64,000 nucleotides of DNA from Candidatus Lustribacter sp. (GTDB taxonomy: Bacteria > Vulcanimicrobiota > Vulcanimicrobiia > Vulcanimicrobiales > Vulcanimicrobiaceae): assembly GCA_965277805.1 (NCBI GenBank), contig OZ255842.1, positions 3,968,001 to 4,032,000 on the forward strand, given 5' to 3'. The notes under the pieces are model-generated. The model ran no database searches. It saw only the letters and a list, made by a program, of their open reading frames with translations, and had not been told where the DNA came from. The translations under genes and the position numbers were made by a program. This document shows positions 27,995-37,015 of the stretch, piece after piece (positions within the stretch are counted from its first letter, which is position 1; each line of letters starts with the position of its first letter).

Positions 27995-30900
27995 TGTGCC
28001 AATACCGCCGTTCCATTCCAAGCTGCCAGCGCTTCGCCGAGCTTCGCAGCGTCTGCACCGTAATCACGAATCGCGGCCTCGCGCGAAACATATCCGTCGA
28101 GAACGTCGGAGAGTATCGCGTCGAACGGCCGCTCGGCTGGGACTCCCAGTCCGCCGCCTCCGGCGCGCTGCATGCGCAAAAGATCGCCGCGCATCATGCG
28201 CACGCCGCTAAAGCGGCTCGGCAACTGCTTTTCGCTCGCGGTACCGGGATTGATCGTCAACGAACCCAGCGCGCCCGGCTTTCCGCCGCCGGTTCCGGCC
28301 GGCGGCACCGTGTGCTTTCCGCCGCGGCACGTGAGCTGTGCATCGTCGACGAGCACTTCCCAAACCCGGCGCGGCGAGAGGCCGCCGCGATAGCGGCCCG
28401 GACCGGCGGAATCACGGATCAGCTCGAACCGTCGCACGCGCGTCGGGAACTCGCTTTCGAGCACTTCGATCGATGCGGTGCGCGTGTTGGAGAGCAGCAC
28501 CGAGATCCCGCTCACGCCGTCCGAGGTGGCGCGTCCGCCGTACGCGGAGCCCATCGGTTCGTACTGCACGAACGACTCGCCCGAGGGTGCGCGCCCGGTA
28601 ATCGAAATTCCGCCGACGCCGCCGTTGCCCGCCATCCGCCGAGTTGGAACGAATTCGCTCAGCGCATTCAGCATCGCCTCAACGATCGCGGTGCACGACG
28701 CCATGTAAGTGCAGCAGGGCGCGGGGAAATGGGGATCGAGCACGGACCCCTTGCGGAACATCGTCTCGACCACCCGCGCTACCCCGGCGTTGTTCGGGAG
28801 CGTCGGATCGATCATCGCGATGAGCGCATAGTAGCAGCAGCCGCGGGCGAGCGAGGGGCTGATGTTCACCGGGCCCTGCGCCTGATCGTTGGAATCGGTG
28901 AAGTCGAACGCGATGCGGTCGCCGCGCTTCTCGATCTTCACGTGGTAGCGGATCGGCCGGTCGAGCGTAACGCCATCGCTATCCACGTATGTTTCGGCTT
29001 CGTGCACGCCGTCGGGCCAGGTCGCCAGCACGGCGCGAATGCGACGTTCGGTGACGTCTTGCAATAGCGCGAACGTCTCGAGCGCCGTTTCGATCCCATA
29101 GCGGGCGATGAGGTCGGCCAGGCGGCGCTCGCCCAGGCGTCCGACCCCGACTTGCCCGCGGATGTCGCCGATGACGAGATCCGGCGTGCGGCTGTTGGCG
29201 CGCAAGATCGCCTCGACGTCGCGCTGCGGCACGCCGCCGGCGATGAAGCGGATCGGCGGATACTGGATGCCTTCCTGAAAGAGTTCGCGCGCGCTGCCGT
29301 ACGAGGTGCCCGGCACCACTCCGCCGAGGTCGCTCTTATGCGCGATGCTGCCGCAGAACGCGATCAAGGCGCCGTCGTGAAAGACCGGCGTGACGACGGC
29401 CATGTCCATCGAGTGCGTGACGCCGGCAAGGTACGGATGGTTGGTGATGAAGGCGTCGCCGGGACGGATATCGTCGAAATCGCGCCGCACCGCGCGCACG
29501 ACTTCGGGCAGCGCGCTGATGTGTAACGGGAGCACGACGTTTTCGCCGACGACGTTGCCGACCGCATCGAGCAGCATGCAGCTCGCGTCCTGCGACTCGC
29601 GAATGATGGTCGAGTAACCCGTGCGGAAAATGCTGTCCTGCATCTCGCTGACGATACCTGAGAGCCGGCTCTGCACGACTTGAAACGTGACCGCGTCGAC
29701 GCTGCGCTTCGCGCCGAGCTCCGCCTTTTTCGCCGCGAGATCGACGATCTCGATTTGCCCGAGTTCGACGACCCGCGCGCGCTGGCCGGTTCCGACCACC
29801 GTCGTCGAGTCGTTCTGCAGCAGAATTGCCGGGCCGTCGATCTCGGCGTCCGGCGGCAGCTTCGTGCGATCGTACAATGCGGTCGTCACCGGTTGCTCGC
29901 CCTCGATGAACGTTTGCCGCGTGCCGAGCTGGGCGCCTTCTACGGAGCCGCCCGCAGCGAACGGCGATGAGATCGAAACGTGCGGCACCGCGGCTACCGC
30001 CGTCAAACGATAATTGACGATCTCGACGTGTTCGTCGGGCGCGGAGTGCCCCGTGAGTTGCGCGTGCTGCGCATCGAAGCGGTCGCGCACATCACGCATG
30101 GCAGCCGCATCGCGCGGCACGTCATCGAGCGCTACGGTGAGATCGTAGCCCTGGCCGACGTAACGCAAGTCGAACGCGTATTCAAAACGGAGGGAGGCGG
30201 GAGCGAAGCCTTGCGCGATCAATTCGCCCTCGCCTTGCGCCCGCAGCCGCCCGAAGATTTCGGCGACCGGCCCGAGTTCCGTAGCTTCGATGCCGGAGAG
30301 CTTCGAGACGACGTAATCGTGCCGCACGTCCGAGAGCAAGAGCCCGAGCGCGCTCGTCACACCGGGAAACGCGGGCACGAGCACGCCGCGCATGCCGAGT
30401 TCTTGTGCCATCTTCGCCGCGTGAATCGCACCCGCTCCGCCGAAAGCCAGCAAGTGAAAATCGCGCAGATCGTAGCCGCGGTTGGACGAGACGACCTTGA
30501 TCGCTTCCTGCATCTTCACGCTGACGATCTCGACGATGCCGCGCGCTGCCGCGATGACGGAGATGCCGAGCGGTTCGGCAATGCGTTCGCGAATCGCCTT
30601 CTCAGCGGCCGCGCGGTCGAGCCGCAGCGTGCCGCCGGCGAGCGGACTCTCTTCCGAGAGCGCGCCGAGCACGACGTTCGCATCGGTAATTGTCGGCTCC
30701 ATACCGCCCTTGCCGTAACACACCGGTCCCGGATTCGCGCCCGCGCTCTTTGGACCGACTTGCAAGACGCCGGCCGTATCGATCCACGCGATCGTCCCGC
30801 CTCCGGCGGCGACGGTATGGATGTCGAGCATCGCCACTTGCACGTCCCGGCCGTGCACTTTGCCGCCGCTGCGGCGCACCGGCCGGCCGTTCTCGATCAG

Positions 30901-31809
30901 CGCCACGTCGGTGCTCGTGCCGCCCATGTCGAAGGTTACGACGTTGGGAAAGTCTTTGCTGCCGCTCACGAGCCGCGCCGATGCCACGACGCCGGCCGCG
31001 GGACCGCTCAAAATCGTCTGTACGCTGCGCCGCGCCGCTGCTTCGAACGTTGCGACGCCGCCGTTTGAGCGCATGATGTAGCGCTGACGCTCGCCGCAGC
31101 GCTCGGCACTGAGCCGCCGATCGAGTTCCTCGATATAGTGTTCGAGCTTCGGATTGAGATATGCGTTCACGACCGTGCTCGAGAGCCGGTAGTATTCGCG
31201 AATTTGCGGCGATACGTCGCTCGAGAGCGACACGTTGACGCCCGGTGCTTCGCGGGCGATCAATTGCCCCACGCGCCGCTCGTGCGCCGGATTGCGGAAC
31301 GAGAACAACAGCGCTACCGCGATCGACGTTACGCCATGGCGCACGAGCGTACGGATGGCCTCGACCGTCGCTGCCTCGTCGAGTTCTTCGAGCACCGAGC
31401 CGTCGAAGAGCAGTCGCTCGGGGATCTCTTCGGTCAGGCGCGCCGGAATCAGCGCGTGCGGCTTTTCGAAAAATAGATCGTACGTTGTCGCGCCGTATGG
31501 GCGGCTCTGTTCGCCGACTTCATAGATGCCGCGGAACCCGGCGGTAACGAGCAAACCGGTTTTCGCGCCGTTCTCCTCGAGCATCGCGTTCGTGCCGACG
31601 GTCGTACCGTGCGAAAAGTACACGACCTCGTCCCCACCGGCGCCGGAGCGCCCGAGGTAGGCGCGAAGGCCGTTGACGATACCGTCGGCCTCGGATCCGC
31701 GTGTCGAGGGCACTTTGAACACATCGAACGTGCCGCTGCTCTCATCGAGCACGACGAAATCGGTAAATGTGCCGCCGGTATCGACGGCGACGCGGAGACG
31801 CTTTTCCAC
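27991..31809 (-). CDS. Fused hydantoinase A/B (ATP-dependent 5-oxoprolinase-like lactamase)
   Basis: VDTGGTFTD, HGTTVGTN, SGPAAGV, DMGGTSTD in the A half; YSTIIRESQD, NHPY..VTHSMD, HKSDLGG, GGGGLG in the B half. Confidence 0.94.
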   Translation of the reverse strand: MEKRLRVAVDTGGTFTDFVVLDESSGTFDVFKVPSTRGSEADGIVNGLRAYLGRSGAGGDEVVYFSHGTTVGTNAMLEENGAKTGLLVTAGFRGIYEVGEQSRPYGATTYDLFFEKPHALIPARLTEEIPERLLFDGSVLEELDEAATVEAIRTLVRHGVTSIAVALLFSFRNPAHERRVGQLIAREAPGVNVSLSSDVSPQIREYYRLSSTVVNAYLNPKLEHYIEELDRRLSAERCGERQRYIMRSNGGVATFEAAARRSVQTILSGPAAGVVASARLVSGSKDFPNVVTFDMGGTSTDVALIENGRPVRRSGGKVHGRDVQVAMLDIHTVAAGGGTIAWIDTAGVLQVGPKSAGANPGPVCYGKGGMEPTITDANVVLGALSEESPLAGGTLRLDRAAAEKAIRERIAEPLGISVIAAARGIVEIVSVKMQEAIKVVSSNRGYDLRDFHLLAFGGAGAIHAAKMAQELGMRGVLVPAFPGVTSALGLLLSDVRHDYVVSKLSGIEATELGPVAEIFGRLRAQGEGELIAQGFAPASLRFEYAFDLRYVGQGYDLTVALDDVPRDAAAMRDVRDRFDAQHAQLTGHSAPDEHVEIVNYRLTAVAAVPHVSISSPFAAGGSVEGAQLGTRQTFIEGEQPVTTALYDRTKLPPDAEIDGPAILLQNDSTTVVGTGQRARVVELGQIEIVDLAAKKAELGAKRSVDAVTFQVVQSRLSGIVSEMQDSIFRTGYSTIIRESQDASCMLLDAVGNVVGENVVLPLHISALPEVVRAVRRDFDDIRPGDAFITNHPYLAGVTHSMDMAVVTPVFHDGALIAFCGSIAHKSDLGGVVPGTSYGSARELFQEGIQYPPIRFIAGGVPQRDVEAILRANSRTPDLVIGDIRGQVGVGRLGERRLADLIARYGIETALETFALLQDVTERRIRAVLATWPDGVHEAETYVDSDGVTLDRPIRYHVKIEKRGDRIAFDFTDSNDQAQGPVNISPSLARGCCYYALIAMIDPTLPNNAGVARVVETMFRKGSVLDPHFPAPCCTYMASCTAIVEAMLNALSEFVPTRRMAGNGGVGGISITGRAPSGESFVQYEPMGSAYGGRATSDGVSGISVLLSNTRTASIEVLESEFPTRVRRFELIRDSAGPGRYRGGLSPRRVWEVLVDDAQLTCRGGKHTVPPAGTGGGKPGALGSLTINPGTASEKQLPSRFSGVRMMRGDLLRMQRAGGGGLGVPAERPFDAILSDVLDGYVSREAAIRDYGADAAKLGEALAAWNGTAVLAQ

Positions 31810-31814
31810 CTCCT

Positions 31815-31884
31815 TACTATAGTCTGCGCCGGTACCGGGGAGCGATGATCCCAGGCGACGTATTCCATGACGCGGAGGCTATGG
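31815..31884 (-). promoter_or_regulatory. Putative LysR-regulated promoter, copy 1
   Basis: TACTATAGTC...GGAGCGATG...ATGACGCGGAGGCTATGG between divergent genes; a matching block arrangement occurs at 33774-33842. Confidence 0.65.
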
Positions 31885-31887
31885 GTC

Positions 31888-32769
31888 ATGGAGCTTCTTC
31901 AGCTAGAGTATTTTTGCACGCTCGGCCGCGTGCAGCACGTCACCCGCGCTGCCGAGCGAATCGGCATTGCGCAGCCGACGCTCAGCCGGGCGATCGCTCG
32001 CCTTGAAGGCGAGCTGGGCGTCCGTTTGTTCGAACGGCGCGGCCGCTCGGTCGCCCTCTCCGAACGCGGCGCCGTCTTCCTGTCCTACGTCGAGCGCGCG
32101 CTCGACGAACTCGGTAACGCGCAAACGCACATCGCGAAGATGAACCAGACGGAGGAGGCGACGGTCTCGTTGGGCTTCCTGCGCTCGCTCGGCCCGCGCT
32201 TCGTTCCCGACCTCGCTCGGCGCTTTCTGCTCGAACATCCGGCGGTGCGCTTTGATTACGGCGAAGCCGGACGCGACGGTTTGCTCCAACGCCTCTACAG
32301 CGGGCTCTCGATGTTGTGCATCACCGTGCACACCGACGATCCGCGCATCGATTGGCAGCCGATCGGCAAGCAAAACCTCGTTGTGATCGTGCCGCCGCAC
32401 CATCGGCTCGCCCAGCGTACGAGCATCCCGCTCTCCGAACTCGCCGGCGAACCGTTCGCGATGTTCAGCGAAGGCATTCCCGTGCGCCGGCAGATCCTCA
32501 GCCTGCTCGAGGCTGCGGGCGTCACGCCCATCATCGCCTCGGAAAGCGCGCAGTCCGGTTCGATCTTCGGCCTCGTTTCGTCCGGCTCGGCCGTGTCCAT
32601 CGTGCCCGCGACGGGCGCGTCGCACGATTGCGTCACGCTCACGATCGAGGATGCCGGCGCGGCACGCGATCTCGGTATCGCGCACCTGGCGGGCGGCTAC
32701 CTCTCCGTTGCGGAAACCGCCTTCCGCGAATTCGTGCTGCGCGACTCGGCGCTCTTAAGCGCCAAGTAG
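31888..32769 (+). CDS. LysR-family transcriptional regulator
   Basis: MELLQLEYF...HVTRAAERIGIAQPTLSRAIARLEGELGVRLFERRGR; start re-called at 31888. Confidence 0.95.
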   Translation: MELLQLEYFCTLGRVQHVTRAAERIGIAQPTLSRAIARLEGELGVRLFERRGRSVALSERGAVFLSYVERALDELGNAQTHIAKMNQTEEATVSLGFLRSLGPRFVPDLARRFLLEHPAVRFDYGEAGRDGLLQRLYSGLSMLCITVHTDDPRIDWQPIGKQNLVVIVPPHHRLAQRTSIPLSELAGEPFAMFSEGIPVRRQILSLLEAAGVTPIIASESAQSGSIFGLVSSGSAVSIVPATGASHDCVTLTIEDAGAARDLGIAHLAGGYLSVAETAFREFVLRDSALLSAK

Positions 32770-33768
32770 CGCGACCGTATTCGTGCGGTCAATCGCGGCC
32801 AGTTGCTGCGCATCGAACACACCGCAGCCGGCTAAGCCGTCGACGTTCTCCTTGACCGTCAGATACGGGTAGTCCGAGCCGAACAGGATTTGGGAGACCG
32901 GCACGATCTTCGTCAACGCCGCCATTGGTGCCGCGATGGCCGTTTGTGCCGTATCGTAATACATCTTGCGCGCTTCGCTGAAGAACCCGCCGGGGACCAC
33001 CTTGAGCCGGTCGGGCGCGCGCGACTCGCGCATGAAGCGCCACTGCAGGAACGGCATCGTACCGCCGGCATGCGACCAGATCACGCGCATGTTCGGATAC
33101 CTGAGCGTGGTGCCGCTGAAGATCATGCGCGCGATGGCCCGCGTCGTGTCCGTGCCGTACTCGATGTCGGCGTCGGTGATGCCGGCCATCAAATTCGTAC
33201 AGCACGCGGGTGAGGTGGGATGCACGAACAGAACGGCCTTGCGGCGGTTGAGTTCTTCGAAGATCGGCGCGAAGATCTCATCGCCGAGGTACCACTTGCC
33301 GTAGCTCGTGAACATACCGATGCCGTTGCACTTCAATGTGTCGAGGGCGTATCCGATCTCGGTCAGACAACCGTCGACATCCGGAAACGGCAGCGCGCCG
33401 AAGATCCCGAAGCGGCCCGGATGATCGGACCGCATCTTCGCCGCGTACTCATTGGCGTCGCGCGCCAGCCGGCGTGCCTGCTCGTTGTCGCCGAAGTTGA
33501 GTCCGGGCGTCGTAATCGAGAGGATCGCCTTTTGCGCGCCGCCTTCATCCATCGTTGCGAGTGTTGCCGCCGGCGACCACTTCTTCCAGATTTGCGCCGT
33601 GATCGGCGAGATGCCGTCGGTTACGCGCAGCCAGTACGGCGGTGCGAAGTGGTGGTGCACGTCGATGCGGCCCGGCGCCTGTGAACGCGCCGCGTCCGGC
33701 CCGAGTGCGAGCCCCGCGCCCGTGGCCGCCAATCCCGCAATGAACGTCCGGCGATCGATACCCATCAT
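32755..33768 (-). CDS. Amidohydrolase_2 family (ACMSD/6-MSA decarboxylase-like), Tat signal
   Basis: IDRRTFI signal; IDVHHH, FVHP, SHAGG, YDTA, LFGSDYP. Confidence 0.9.
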   Translation of the reverse strand: MMGIDRRTFIAGLAATGAGLALGPDAARSQAPGRIDVHHHFAPPYWLRVTDGISPITAQIWKKWSPAATLATMDEGGAQKAILSITTPGLNFGDNEQARRLARDANEYAAKMRSDHPGRFGIFGALPFPDVDGCLTEIGYALDTLKCNGIGMFTSYGKWYLGDEIFAPIFEELNRRKAVLFVHPTSPACCTNLMAGITDADIEYGTDTTRAIARMIFSGTTLRYPNMRVIWSHAGGTMPFLQWRFMRESRAPDRLKVVPGGFFSEARKMYYDTAQTAIAAPMAALTKIVPVSQILFGSDYPYLTVKENVDGLAGCGVFDAQQLAAIDRTNTVALLGA

Positions 33769-33773
33769 GCTCC

Positions 33774-33842
33774 TACTATAGTCGCATCGCCGCTTCGGAG
33801 CGATGCCGCCGAACGGTTCGCTTTATGACGCAGAGGCTATGG
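33774..33842 (-). promoter_or_regulatory. Putative LysR-regulated promoter, copy 2 (overlaps the 3' end of the upstream gene)
   Basis: TACTATAGTC...GGAGCGATG...ATGACGCAGAGGCTATGG, with spacing within 1 nt of copy 1. Confidence 0.65.
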
Positions 33843-34959
33843 TTAACGCTTTGTCCGCGTCGCTGAAGTTCTTGCCGGCGTCGAAGCGGATGATCTCGTC
33901 GTTCGCGCTCGCGTCGCGCAGGATGCCGTGCGGATCGCGGCCCTCTTGTACGGCCGCGATTGAATCGAAGGCGACCTTACGCCACATGATGATCCCGCGA
34001 TCCGACGACGCGAGAATTTCGCGCGTGCGGTCGTGGATGAGGCCTTGGCTCTCCTGCGCCGCGCGGTCTTGTTCGTCGGACGCCAAACCCCACCAGCCGT
34101 CCTCGACCGTATCGTACACGCCGCGCACGTTCTTCGTGAAGCCGCGGCACTCGCGTTTGTACGGCCCTTCCGGCTTGAACTTGCTCTCGATGAAGAACGT
34201 CATCGTCGCGTAGTCATCGACCGGCACCCGGATGTGTAAGAACTCGCTCGGGATGCTTCCGACGCGCGCGTTGTAGCGGCGGGTCGACGACGGGAAGATA
34301 TCGTGGACGATGTTTGTGCGGCCGTCCGGATATTCGGACTGCGTGCGAAAGCCGTACCACGTCTTCACGAACTCGACTTCGGGCCGCTTCAACGCGATCG
34401 ATGGATACACCGAGGCGTGCAGTGCCATGCTGTGATAAGCGTCGACGCCGTTTTCCGCGCGCTGCACCCAATTGCAGAGGTCGTCGGCGGCCCAGATCGT
34501 GCGGTCGCATTCATCGATGGCGAGCAGATCGAAGCGCGGGATCAAAGGCGCCGGATCGGGACCGAGGTACGCGAAGATGAGCCCGGCCACGATCTGCACT
34601 TTCGCCGAACGTTGGCGCACGCGCTGGGGCAGCGTGCTCGACGGCGGTTCGGCCGGCATCTCGAGACACTGGCCCTCGGCATCGTAGAGCCAGCCGTGGT
34701 AGCAGCAGCGGATGCCGCGCTCTTCGACGCGCCCGTGTTCGAGCGACGCGCGGCGATGCGAGCAGAACGTGTCGAGCATCCCGATCTTGCCCTCGCCGTC
34801 ACGGAAGAGCACGAAGTCTTCCCCGAGATGGCGCACCTTGACCGGCTTCTTCTCGATCTGCTCCTCAAAGCCGACCGGCCACCAATAGCGCCGCAGCATC
34901 TCGCCGCCGGGCGTTCCGGGGCCGACGCGGGTGAGCTTTTCGTTGTCTTCTGGCGTCAT
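33823..34959 (-). CDS. Rieske oxygenase alpha subunit (phthalate dioxygenase-like)
   Basis: LTRVGPGTPGGEMLRRYWWPV, CSH...CCYH, ENGVDAYHSMALH, QDRAAQESQG. Confidence 0.93.
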   Translation of the reverse strand: MTPEDNEKLTRVGPGTPGGEMLRRYWWPVGFEEQIEKKPVKVRHLGEDFVLFRDGEGKIGMLDTFCSHRRASLEHGRVEERGIRCCYHGWLYDAEGQCLEMPAEPPSSTLPQRVRQRSAKVQIVAGLIFAYLGPDPAPLIPRFDLLAIDECDRTIWAADDLCNWVQRAENGVDAYHSMALHASVYPSIALKRPEVEFVKTWYGFRTQSEYPDGRTNIVHDIFPSSTRRYNARVGSIPSEFLHIRVPVDDYATMTFFIESKFKPEGPYKRECRGFTKNVRGVYDTVEDGWWGLASDEQDRAAQESQGLIHDRTREILASSDRGIIMWRKVAFDSIAAVQEGRDPHGILRDASANDEIIRFDAGKNFSDADKALTIASAS

Positions 34960-34967
34960 GTGGTTCC

Positions 34968-35951
34968 TCAGGCTTTGGGCAGGAAGCGTTCCGTGTACAA
35001 CTTCGAGGTGTCGACCGACTTGTCGACCAGATTGAGATCGCTGAAGGAAGCGAAGAGTTTGTCGAGCCCGCGCGGCGCGAACTTGCCGTCGGTCGAGAAT
35101 TTCGCGATCAGTTGATCGTAGATGCGCGACGACACGTCGGCCGGATAACCCGTCGCCTCGACGGTTACCGCGACGGTTTCCGCTTTGTGCGTGCGCATGT
35201 ACTTCACCGCATCGAACCAGCCGGCGAGGAAGCGCCGCACGGCGCCGGGATTCTGCTGCACGATCGCGTTGCTCGCGAAGATCACGAACAGCTGCAGCTC
35301 CTTCACGTAGGTCGAGACGTCGACGAGCGAACGGCCCACGTGCAAGTCTTGCAGCTCGTAGCCGTTGGCCGGGCTCGCAATGTTGGCATCGATCTGCCCC
35401 GTCTTGAAGGCGGAGACTTCGGCCGCCGGATCGCCGCCGATTGCCACCGGAACGGCGCGATCGCTATCGCTCGTCCAGCCCTTCACGCGATTGAGCTCAT
35501 CGACGAGCCATGACGTGAGCGTGCCTTGGCTCGTGATGCCGATCTTCTTGCCGCGCAGATCGTCGAGGCTCTTGGCGGTCGAGTTCGCGCCGACGTCGAT
35601 GCCCATGAATGCGGGCGACGCCGTGATCGAGGCCACCGCGATCTCGGGCGCTCCCTTCGCGATAAACGCCATTTCCGAGCCGCCGCTGAGCGCGATCTCC
35701 ACCGCGCCGGCCGTCAGCGCTTGCGTGAGTTTCGTGCCGCCGCTAAACACGATCGACTCGACGTCCAGCCCCTGTTTCGCGAACTGCCCGTACTTGATCC
35801 CGATGTCGAGCGGCACGTAGCCAAACACTTGCTGCACCGATTTGCCGACGCGCAACTTGTCGGCGGCGCGGGCCGGTAACGGCAGTGCAGCGGCCGCTAT
35901 CGAGGTTCCGAGGACGGTTAATGCATCGCGGCGCGAGAGTTGAGCAGCCAT
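34968..35951 (-). CDS. ABC substrate-binding protein, SsuA/NMT1 family, Tat signal
   Basis: LSRRDAL signal; FAKQGLDVE; DLRGKKIGIT. Confidence 0.9.
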   Translation of the reverse strand: MAAQLSRRDALTVLGTSIAAAALPLPARAADKLRVGKSVQQVFGYVPLDIGIKYGQFAKQGLDVESIVFSGGTKLTQALTAGAVEIALSGGSEMAFIAKGAPEIAVASITASPAFMGIDVGANSTAKSLDDLRGKKIGITSQGTLTSWLVDELNRVKGWTSDSDRAVPVAIGGDPAAEVSAFKTGQIDANIASPANGYELQDLHVGRSLVDVSTYVKELQLFVIFASNAIVQQNPGAVRRFLAGWFDAVKYMRTHKAETVAVTVEATGYPADVSSRIYDQLIAKFSTDGKFAPRGLDKLFASFSDLNLVDKSVDTSKLYTERFLPKA

Positions 35952-35962
35952 TGTTCCCCCCT

Positions 35963-37015
35963 TCAGTCCGGTAGCGCGACTTCGGCTTCACCGCGGGCGG
36001 CGGCGCCGCGGTTGTTGACGACGGCGATGTCGAGCTTCACGCGTCCGCCATCTGCACCGCGCGAAGTTTCCGTTACGCGCGCGCGGGCGGTAACGACGTC
36101 GTCGGGATACGAGCTGCCGATCATGCGAAATGGTCCGAGCTTCACGAGCCGGCCGTCGAGGCCCATCCAGCGGCGCAGCATCACTTCGAACAGCATCTCG
36201 TAGCTGCGCGTGTTGAAGATGATGTCGTTGAAGCCCGAGGCCTTCGCCTGATCGCGATTGTGGTGGATGCCCGAATACATCCGGTCGACCGCCACGCTCA
36301 TCACGATGCGCTGATAGCTGAGCCAGAGCGAGAACGGCGGAACCATCTCGCCCGCAGCAACATCGCCGATGCGGCGCTGACGGCTCCAGTCGAACGGGTC
36401 GGGCGCGGTGCCGGCCGCCTCGGGCGGCGCGCTCAACTCGTCGGCTTCGCGCGGCGCGCGTTTCTCGCGCGGTGAATCGCTCGCCTTTTCATCGTAGCGG
36501 AAGCCGGTGTTACGGTTCTTCGCGACCAGTTCGCCGGTCTGTTTGTAAATCGTGGTTTCGGTCGTGAGGAACACGCCTTCACCGAGCCGCGTCGTGCTCG
36601 GCTTGATGTCGACCAGCCGCCAGTTGCCGCGCAGCCGGTCGCCGGCGTACAGCGGCTCGAAATACTCCCACTCGGTTGCGGTGTTTACGCCCTTCGCGTA
36701 CACGGCCGGCAAGGTGTCGGTGCGGATGCCGCCGGGCTGCTGACGCAAGCCGGGTGCGTACAGTTGCGGATCGCCGGGAGCCCAATAGGCCGGCATGCCC
36801 CATAGCGGCGTCATCGTTACCGGTGCAACGAGGCTGCGAAAGCCGTGCGCGCGCGCCGTTGCGTCGTCGTAGTGCAGTGGGCAGTCGGCACAATACACTT
36901 CGAGCTTGCGACGGATGTCGTTTCGCGACACCTCATCGGCGCCGCTGAACGCATGCTCGCGCCCGATCCACTCCTGCAACTGGTCGAGCGAGGCGGCTTT
37001 CGATTCGGTCGTCAT
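35963..37015 (-). CDS. Double hot-dog MaoC-like dehydratase
   Basis: CPLHYDDATARAHGFRSLVAP, EWEYFEPLYAGD, GIHHNRDQAKASGFNDI. Confidence 0.85.
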   Translation of the reverse strand: MTTESKAASLDQLQEWIGREHAFSGADEVSRNDIRRKLEVYCADCPLHYDDATARAHGFRSLVAPVTMTPLWGMPAYWAPGDPQLYAPGLRQQPGGIRTDTLPAVYAKGVNTATEWEYFEPLYAGDRLRGNWRLVDIKPSTTRLGEGVFLTTETTIYKQTGELVAKNRNTGFRYDEKASDSPREKRAPREADELSAPPEAAGTAPDPFDWSRQRRIGDVAAGEMVPPFSLWLSYQRIVMSVAVDRMYSGIHHNRDQAKASGFNDIIFNTRSYEMLFEVMLRRWMGLDGRLVKLGPFRMIGSSYPDDVVTARARVTETSRGADGGRVKLDIAVVNNRGAAARGEAEVALPD

